Assembly: GCA_049509455.1 (NCBI GenBank)
Contig: JBEKZX010000054.1
Location: 1 to 10,945 of the forward strand
DNA length: 10,945 nucleotides
Direction of reading: 5' to 3'
Source of the DNA: Conexivisphaerales archaeon
GTDB lineage: Archaea > Thermoproteota > Nitrososphaeria > Conexivisphaerales > DTJL01
The notes under the pieces were generated by a model, which was given only the letters and a program-made list of their open reading frames with translations, made no database searches and was not told the DNA's origin. The translations under genes were made by a program, and so were the position numbers. Of the stretch, positions 5,129 through 10,945 are shown piece after piece (position 1 is the first letter of the stretch; every line of letters starts with the position of its first letter).

Positions 5129-7495
5129 TCATTGTAGTGCCTCTGTTTGCGAATTTGCCTTAGAAGGTCGCCTTGTCAACAAGACCCTCCAAAGGACGAT
5201 CCCGACCGCCACCAAGATAATAGCTATCAAAATGGACATGTTGATCCAATCTATGGAGAAGGTTGCCTGCAAGCTCTCAGGCGAGTTCACTACCGTGCTG
5301 ACTTCGGCCTGACCGGAAGACGTTGCTCCCGACCATCCGACAAATTTGAACAGGAAGAGCGCAGGGCTGGCCGTAAGCTGGACCGTCGACCCCGAGGGCA
5401 CGAATAGTGTCTTGTTACTCGAGCTCCCTACTTCGCCACTGAGTGAGGCTGACCCGTAAGAAACGCTTCCCATGCTCGAAGAAACAACGGAGAGGCCAGG
5501 ATAGAACACGGCGCTTTCCACGGTGGGATTCTGGACTGTAACGGTATACGGATTGTTTGTTCCGTCGTACGAGCCGGTCCCTGAAGCGTTCCAAAACTCG
5601 AACTGCCATCCCTCATTTGGGGTAGCTGAGAGCTGAATCTGTTCGCTGGAATTGTACCAACCTGTCTGGGGAGACACCAACCCGCCCTGCTCAGCGTTTG
5701 AAAGGATTTGAACGTCGTATTGATGGTAATAGATAGGAGACAAGGCGATGGCTGAGCTCACCGACCCCGTGGTTGCCTGTGCCAGGACCGACCATCTCTC
5801 GCTCGATGAAGCATAGGCGACACCGTCGAAACTGAACGTGCTGCCCGAGTCTGCCCAGGCCGTCCCCTGTGTGGCATCAAGTAGTGAAGTCGACGGAGAG
5901 CCAAGTGAAGAGTAGTTCAACTCCAAAGAACTAGGGCTCCCCTCGCCTGACACGTTGTAACTGTAAACAATGGTGTATTGGTGATAATAGACGGGGGCCA
6001 TCGAAGCGGCTGCGCTCACGCTGCCGGAGCTGGAGCTATTCGTGTACCAACGCTCAGTGGAGCTCGATCCCTGAAGAGGGTCGGGTACGCTGAACGAAGC
6101 ACCCGCGTCGAGCCAATAGCCCGTCGGGCTGCCCGTCAAAGTCGGTGTGTATGAACCGCCGAACTGGGTCGCCGTCAAGGTGGGGACGGTCGGCGAGCCG
6201 CCTCCGATGACTGAATATGACAGCACAACGTCGAACTGGTGGTAGTAGGTAAAGGAGATCGTCTGGGTTGCCGATACCGTCCCCGATGTCGTCTGCGATG
6301 TATCCCACCTCTCGGTCGAATTGGAGCCGGGCAGGCTCGCGTTGACCGACCAGACGCTCCCCACGTCCAGCGAGTAGCTCTGGAGGGTCGAGCCCAGCGT
6401 GGCCGTCAAGGTGCTCCCGTTGCTGACGTAGGTCAGAATCGGGGAAGAGTAGTCAACTCCTCCTCCAACGACTGAGAAGCTGAACGTCAAGGGCACTTCG
6501 GACACGGCGGACACGGCGGACACGGCGTCGGTGATGAACTCGTAGCCGTCCGCCGCCACGGCCGTGCCGTTCGTGGTAAAGTACTGGAGCTGCGACGGAT
6601 TCGAAAACGCAAGGTAGCGATAGTCAGAGAAGATGGTCACTCCAGTGTCAGGGTTCCAATCGTCGGCCCAGAGCCAGCCTGAGGAGAGGGTGGTGGTGGA
6701 GTTGGTGTAGATAACCGGAGAGGTGGTACCTATGCTGGCGGCCGAATGCCACCACTCGGTCATAAGGCCCGTGAACAGACCATTCCCGTTATCAGGGCCG
6801 CCGGTCTCCCCGACGAAAGTCGTCGCTCCGTGGGCTGTGTAAGCCTCCTGTGCGCTGGCGCCCGTGTTCCAGTCGAAGGCATACAGCACGACGTTCCCGC
6901 CGGAGAAGGAGAGGCTGAGAAGGATGCTGTCGCCGTCGTTGACCGCGCCGCTGAGGCTGGTCAAGCCCCCGCCTCCCGAAGCCGGGAAGACGGAGTTGCC
7001 GTTGCTGTCGAATGCTTCGTAATTCATGTTGAAGCCCGACGTGTAACCTCCGCTGGCGTAGGGCCAGTTCCAGGAGATCCCTACCTGGTACCAGTATCCC
7101 TGATCGGAAAGCCCATTGAGGAGATAACCAGGCCCGAATCCGTTTACGTCCGACTGTGCCACGGCTGTAACGTTGTAGGCAAGGTAGGCGAAGCTTTGTG
7201 TGAAGGTGATACCGAGCTGGACGTCGTAGTAGCTGGCCGACCTGTGAGCGAGGGTGCCTGATCCTCCTGAGCTGGCTGATACAGTCTGTACCAATAGGGG
7301 TCCGGGGCGAGGCAATCCGGCGAAGGAGGCGGCCGGAGAGGACGTCATCGGGCGCGACTGAAGGGTTGATGCCGCAGCAGAGGAAGCGAGAGGAAGGGCG
7401 CTCCGAGCCGCAGAAGCGAAGGTGGGGGGCTGGAAGGCGGTGACGCAGGAGGCTATCAAAAGGATGAAGAGGACAGCTAATAGAGGGTACCGCAA
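5129..7495 (-). CDS. Secreted, C-terminally membrane-anchored surface protein: thermopsin-/G1 glutamic-peptidase-like head, 3 x 86-aa repeats and InlB B-repeat-like modules
   Basis: Signal peptide MRYPLLAVLFILLIASCVTA, Ala/Ser-rich propeptide-like linker, beta-rich head (YWYQVG, VNDGDSILLSL, LMTEWW), three YYHQ[FY]-ending repeats, two 'L.A.P..G/F.F..W.G' modules, then a C-terminal TM helix with a basic stop-transfer (WRVLLTRR). The CDS is certain; protease function is inferred. Confidence 0.9.
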   Translation of the reverse strand: MRYPLLAVLFILLIASCVTAFQPPTFASAARSALPLASSAAASTLQSRPMTSSPAASFAGLPRPGPLLVQTVSASSGGSGTLAHRSASYYDVQLGITFTQSFAYLAYNVTAVAQSDVNGFGPGYLLNGLSDQGYWYQVGISWNWPYASGGYTSGFNMNYEAFDSNGNSVFPASGGGGLTSLSGAVNDGDSILLSLSFSGGNVVLYAFDWNTGASAQEAYTAHGATTFVGETGGPDNGNGLFTGLMTEWWHSAASIGTTSPVIYTNSTTTLSSGWLWADDWNPDTGVTIFSDYRYLAFSNPSQLQYFTTNGTAVAADGYEFITDAVSAVSAVSEVPLTFSFSVVGGGVDYSSPILTYVSNGSTLTATLGSTLQSYSLDVGSVWSVNASLPGSNSTERWDTSQTTSGTVSATQTISFTYYHQFDVVLSYSVIGGGSPTVPTLTATQFGGSYTPTLTGSPTGYWLDAGASFSVPDPLQGSSSTERWYTNSSSSGSVSAAASMAPVYYHQYTIVYSYNVSGEGSPSSLELNYSSLGSPSTSLLDATQGTAWADSGSTFSFDGVAYASSSERWSVLAQATTGSVSSAIALSPIYYHQYDVQILSNAEQGGLVSPQTGWYNSSEQIQLSATPNEGWQFEFWNASGTGSYDGTNNPYTVTVQNPTVESAVFYPGLSVVSSSMGSVSYGSASLSGEVGSSSNKTLFVPSGSTVQLTASPALFLFKFVGWSGATSSGQAEVSTVVNSPESLQATFSIDWINMSILIAIILVAVGIVLWRVLLTRRPSKANSQTEALQ
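5717..6490 (-). repeat. Three tandem 86-aa (258-nt) Ser/Thr-rich beta-repeat stalk domains
   Basis: The YYHQF/YYHQY/YYHQY motifs have their lowest coordinates at 6233, 5975 and 5717, an exact 258-nt period. Each unit also has S[FY][SN]V.G.G, D.GS, S..ERW and SG.V motifs. Confidence 0.85.
6500..6527. repeat. Perfect in-frame 9-bp tandem repeat (GGACACGGC x3 + G), encoding AVS-AVS-AVS
   Basis: ggacacggc-ggacacggc-ggacacggc-g is read directly from the sequence. The protein reads DAVSAVSAVSEVP. Confidence 0.95.
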
Positions 7496-7520
7496 ATCGA
7501 TTTGACCGATCCTCCGACGA

Positions 7521-7541
7521 GCGAGCTCGCCGGGTATTTAT
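7521..7541 (-). promoter_or_regulatory. TATA-like box plus 10-bp perfect palindrome upstream of the surface-protein gene
   Basis: ATAAATA (7541..7535), then GCGAGCTCGC (7521-7530), then GGAGG (7515..7511), ahead of the TTG at 7495. Confidence 0.5.
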
Positions 7542-7545
7542 GCTA

Positions 7546-7938
7546 CTAGTCATAATCGTAGCTCTTGTCCTCCTCGGGGTAGGATTCCTTGTGGAGCGAT
7601 TTCATCGCACGGGCCGGCCACATCCGATAGCCGTGCATGTCGGCAAATCGCCTCCGGCGTTCATCGTACCATATGCCCTACTTTGGAGTACCAAACCACA
7701 ATAGGTAGTGCTGCGGGCGTGCACTAGAACTTCGGGTCCGGTTCCCTTACCGCCACTCTCGGTAAGAGACATTGCATGCGATCAGTGGTGTGTTCGCGTA
7801 TTTATCATTTCACAATGATGAAGCATACGCCTTGCGTCACGCGTAGATACGATGCTTGTGAATGAGCCGACCGCCATAGTAGGCGCCGTCACCGGGGTAC
7901 GTCTTCTTTCCGAAGACGTCACAGGTCCTGTAGGCCGT
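7546..7938 (-). pseudogene. Possible decayed small genes (fragmented reading frames)
   Basis: Two short frames look coding but lack a normal start or are interrupted by stops: 7938..7837 (TAYRTCDVFGKKTYPGDGAYYGGRLIHKHRIYA*) and 7677..7546 (GIWYDERRRRFADMHG...HKESYPEEDKSYDYD*). A TATA-like GATAAATA (7806..7799) precedes ATG 7772. Confidence 0.3.
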
Positions 7939-8266
7939 GTTATTCTTGTTATGATTGTTAGTTCAAAAGAATTGCGAAGTCACTATCTCTTCTGGTACTA
8001 GGAAGAGTTTAATCAAGGAATATGCAGGCCGGAAGGAACCTACCCCTTGCAGGGGACGCTGTGAGCTTTCCAAGGCCCGTGTGGTAAAATCTCACCGGCC
8101 CCACCAATAACAGTCGGTTCAAGCAACCATCACACATCAGTTCAGCGGACACCTGATTCGTGGTCGATACCAAATTGCTTCCAACTCCACTTAGAATCCC
8201 GATATTCACGCCCACGCAGGAAGCGAACTCGCCAACGAAACAGGTAACTTCCAACCGTCTACACAT

Positions 8267-9340
8267 CTACCTTGACTCCGGCCTCGACTCGTTCTTCCAA
8301 GCTTTGACTAGCCGACCCATTGCGGCGAACTGCTTCCTCTTCTCCGTTTCAAGACCGACAAGCGGGAGTGCCCATGCACTGAGCTTCGATGCTTTGTTGT
8401 AGACATCTAGGACCAGCCTTGTTCCCCCACCGTCCGTGGGCGCGAGAGCGTACTCTCCTCGATACCACCACGGCGCATCAAATGTCACCCGACACTGCTC
8501 GTCAATACTGGCTGTGACGGTCATGTTATAGTGGTCATAGAAGAAACCTATGCGGAAGACCGTCGGGCCTCCTTGTATTACCACCCGTTTGACCTTATCA
8601 AAAATTTTCAAGCCAGAAAGGACGAGTGGAGCTGTCTTCGGGGAGAACTCCCCCTCGCGTATGGCCAGGAACTCTGACTTGGCCCGAACGAACGGAACCT
8701 GAAGCATCTCTTCAAAGTGCCAAATCGGAGCGCTCGTTGGTCTCTTTGATGCCCGCTGGCTCACCTCGTCCATTGTCCTCTCGGCCTTTCGCGTGGTAGA
8801 AGGAGTCTCTTCGTTGGTTCCTGCGACGGGAAGCTCACTCCGCTTGGCGTCCGCCGGGAGAACGCCTTCCAAAATCTTGAATGATGCTACTGCGTAGTCC
8901 CGAAGCACAGCTTCCCTGCTTTGGGTAGCGCGCATTGGTTTCACGTATGTGCCTAGAGGCACCATGTACAGGACGACCGACTTCTTCCTGTTGGAGTCGG
9001 TTCGGTACTTCAGCTCGATTTGGTGCACGTGATACTTGTGTTTCCCCTTCAGCAGAATCAACTCGCTGATTGAGCTTGTGGCGATTGTGAAGTTACCAGC
9101 GGCGGACGAGAGAGATTCGATAGTCTGATCCTCATAATCACTCAAGCTCTTTGCGACTACTGGTGAGGCTATCTCTGAGCCCCACCTCATCTCTCCTCTG
9201 AGCGCGAGGGTCTTCCTCACCTTCTCTTGGCGGATGAAGAGGAGCCTCTTGTCTGTGACCAGGACCGCGTGTTCCTTAGGGTAGTCAACGTCAGGGATTA
9301 TGACCCTGTGAATCAACGCCAGTCTTTGTTCATCGTTCAT
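8267..9340 (-). CDS. Hypothetical two-domain protein: PH-like N-terminal domain plus SRPBCC/helix-grip-like C-terminal domain
   Basis: 357-aa ORF starting 14 nt after the permease stop. The N-half has VLVTDKRLLF and I.xSSIxE.xL patterns typical of bacterial/archaeal PH-like domains. The C-half has WWYRGEY...GGTRLVLDVYN.A...W..PL followed by a terminal amphipathic helix. Both fold calls are pattern-based. Confidence 0.75.
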   Translation of the reverse strand: MNDEQRLALIHRVIIPDVDYPKEHAVLVTDKRLLFIRQEKVRKTLALRGEMRWGSEIASPVVAKSLSDYEDQTIESLSSAAGNFTIATSSISELILLKGKHKYHVHQIELKYRTDSNRKKSVVLYMVPLGTYVKPMRATQSREAVLRDYAVASFKILEGVLPADAKRSELPVAGTNEETPSTTRKAERTMDEVSQRASKRPTSAPIWHFEEMLQVPFVRAKSEFLAIREGEFSPKTAPLVLSGLKIFDKVKRVVIQGGPTVFRIGFFYDHYNMTVTASIDEQCRVTFDAPWWYRGEYALAPTDGGGTRLVLDVYNKASKLSAWALPLVGLETEKRKQFAAMGRLVKAWKNESRPESR

Positions 9341-9354
9341 GCTTGGTCACTTCG

Positions 9355-10218
9355 CTACTTTGGAGCAAGGGCTCGTCTCCCAACGTAGACACCCAGAAGA
9401 GTAAGGATGACTGCGAACGCCAAGAGGTATACAAGGTCTCCTTCAAGTGTCGAAAGCTCGCTACTGGACAGGCTGCCGTCTATGATGAGAAGTCTCACCG
9501 CTTCAGCAGCCTTCGAAACCGGGTTCACCTCAGCGATCCACTTGAGCCAGTCAGGGAAGGACGAACTAGGGAAGATGGCGCTGCTTGCGAAAACAAGGGG
9601 AAAGACGAGAAAGTTCACTATCCCAACGAGAGAATCGATGCTCTTGACCGAGAAAGCCACGGCCGTGAACGCTGAGCAGAAGCCGAAGGTGAGAAGCGCG
9701 ACGGCCACAAAGACCTCTACAAAGGACAGAGGGCCGAACCCCGAAGCCAGCTTGAGACCGTCAGGCAGGATCAGGCCTATGATGAAAGTCGCGAGAGCTA
9801 GCACCATTGCCTTCGTAAAGTTCTGCCAGACACCCGAGAAGAATATCGATGTCCTCGATACCGGTGCGACGAGTAGGGTGTTGAGAAAGCCCAGCTGCCT
9901 GTCCAGCACAATGTCGATCCCGCCGAAGCCAAGGTTGATGACGACAACTAGGGCGATTACGCCGGCGACCAGGTAGGTGATGTAGGTCGATGCTCCCCCG
10001 AACATCTGCGCCTGAATTTGGGAGTTAATCTGGGAGACGACGTTCGGTGGAAGTTGAGAACCAATCGAGGAGGACACGAGGTTGGTCGGATTGAAGGAAC
10101 TCCCGAATAGGGCGAGCCAGAACACGCTCATGAAAAGGGCCGGCATTATCGCCGCCGGGTTCCTCACCCACTTCGTCAGCGACCTGTTGGTCAGCACCAG
10201 AGTGTCTCGAACGGACAT
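9355..10218 (-). CDS. ABC-2 type transporter permease (DrrB-like)
   Basis: N-terminal R.L.KW.RNP, YITYLVAG, D...GFLNTLLVAPVSR, FASSAIFP, and W...A.VNPVSKAAEAVR; six TM helices. These are classic ABC-2 membrane motifs. Confidence 0.95.
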   Translation of the reverse strand: MSVRDTLVLTNRSLTKWVRNPAAIMPALFMSVFWLALFGSSFNPTNLVSSSIGSQLPPNVVSQINSQIQAQMFGGASTYITYLVAGVIALVVVINLGFGGIDIVLDRQLGFLNTLLVAPVSRTSIFFSGVWQNFTKAMVLALATFIIGLILPDGLKLASGFGPLSFVEVFVAVALLTFGFCSAFTAVAFSVKSIDSLVGIVNFLVFPLVFASSAIFPSSSFPDWLKWIAEVNPVSKAAEAVRLLIIDGSLSSSELSTLEGDLVYLLAFAVILTLLGVYVGRRALAPK

Positions 10219-10236
10219 CTTCTTCGATTCAACTCC

Positions 10237-10945
10237 TCACTTCATTCTCTCGATCTGCAGTTTCTGTCCGTAGACGTTGGAAAGGGCCTCGGAGTCTCTC
10301 AACGAGTGCCCGGTTAACTGCAGGAAGACCTGTTCCAGCGATGGTTTGACCACCGAGAGGTCAAGGATCCTCAGCTCCCTCCTCACGGTCCCGTCGACGA
10401 TCACGGGTATGGCGTCTTCGACCTTCGAAAGTCCGACCTCATACAATCCTGGTCCTCTCTTTGTGACCTCGGTTACATCAGGCACGCTCTTCAGGAACTC
10501 AGTAAGGTCTTCGCCTGCCGCAGAGACTTGCAGAACCAGGATTTGTGTGCCCATCTCGCTTTTCAAAGCAGACGGTGAGTTCAGCGCCTTGATTCTGCCT
10601 TCGTCGATTATCCCGATCCTCTGGGACAGCTCGTCTGCCTCTTCCAGGTAGTGTGTCGTCATGAACACTGTAAGTCCTTGCTCACGGTTCAAGCCTCGGA
10701 TGTACTCGTGAACCTTCTTTCTGGTCTGGATATCCAGTCCGATTGTGGGCTCATCAAGGAACAAGATTCGAGGAGAATGGATGAGGCCCATAGCAAGCTG
10801 GAGCCGCCTACGCATTCCTCCGGAGTAGGTCTTCACTTTTCTCTCTGCTGCGCCCTCAAGATCGATAAGGCTCAGCATCTCTCCAATCCTCACCCGCGAT
10901 TGGTAATCGGGAAGGTGATACAGCCTGGCGGCGAAGAGGAGGTTC
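10237..10945 (-). CDS. ABC-2 exporter ATP-binding protein (DrrA-like); 5' end beyond the right window edge
   Basis: The frame stays open past the GTG at 10893 to the edge (NLLFAARLYHLPDYQSRVRIGEML). Signature YSGGMRRR, Walker B LFLDEPTIGLD, H-loop TTHYLEEAD, and C-terminal KPSLEQVFLQLTG. Confidence 0.97.
   Translation of the reverse strand, partial: NLLFAARLYHLPDYQSRVRIGEMLSLIDLEGAAERKVKTYSGGMRRRLQLAMGLIHSPRILFLDEPTIGLDIQTRKKVHEYIRGLNREQGLTVFMTTHYLEEADELSQRIGIIDEGRIKALNSPSALKSEMGTQILVLQVSAAGEDLTEFLKSVPDVTEVTKRGPGLYEVGLSKVEDAIPVIVDGTVRRELRILDLSVVKPSLEQVFLQLTGHSLRDSEALSNVYGQKLQIERMK

Noticed and set aside
5112-7553. ORFs overlapping the 788-aa gene (5112..5312, 5147..5407, 5415..5609, 5428..5616, 6054..6308, 6239..6475, 6746..7261, 6792..7553)
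   Set aside because: Antisense or alternative-frame shadows with no independent features.
7988-8008. CTCTTC-N9-GAAGAG inverted repeat
   Set aside because: Short stem with no second copy or transposase nearby; insufficient to call a terminator or an IS end.
8009-8266. 85-aa ORF beginning immediately after the TAG of the 357-aa gene, in the same frame (possible read-through)
   Set aside because: No SD or promoter, no recognisable motif beyond one CxxC, and codon usage looks unlike the neighbouring genes by eye. Cannot be supported, although a homology search would be cheap.
7900-8600. Locally lower GC suggesting a horizontally acquired island
   Set aside because: Only spot-checked on a few 60-nt lines. 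No integrase, tRNA or flanking repeats; a sliding-window computation is needed.
9343-10651. Plus-strand ORFs 9343..9675, 9407..9976, 10082..10273 and 10277..10651
   Set aside because: Antisense shadows of the ABC-2 permease and ATPase.
1-10945. CRISPR arrays, tRNA/rRNA genes, transposases or integrases
   Set aside because: None seen. The only repeats are the coding 258-nt units and the 9-bp microsatellite.

Overview
Archaeal-type genomic DNA. It has TATA/BRE-like boxes about 25-35 nt upstream of several starts, GGAGG/GGTGA ribosome-binding sites, and a thermopsin-style surface protein. A Nitrososphaerota-like origin is plausible but is inference only. From left to right: the 5' end of acetyl-CoA synthetase (minus strand, runs off the left edge); a plus-strand three-gene unit of an uncharacterised polytopic membrane protein, an ABC ATPase with CcmA-like features and an ABC-2-type permease; a convergent minus-strand run of a YhfC-like intramembrane protease, a small zinc-ribbon protein, a zinc-ribbon/TM protein and a 788-aa membrane-anchored surface protein with a putative glutamic-peptidase/thermopsin-like head and three exact 86-aa stalk repeats; about 0.7 kb of apparently decayed ORF fragments; then a PH-like/SRPBCC-like two-domain ORF directly downstream of a DrrA/DrrB-type ABC-2 exporter (the ATPase runs off the right edge). 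No rRNA, tRNA, CRISPR array or transposase was seen. The most notable points are the clustering of up to three candidate Glu-dependent proteases with zinc-ribbon proteins, perfect palindromes directly downstream of three consecutive TATA boxes, and an in-frame 9-bp microsatellite at the head/stalk junction of the surface protein.
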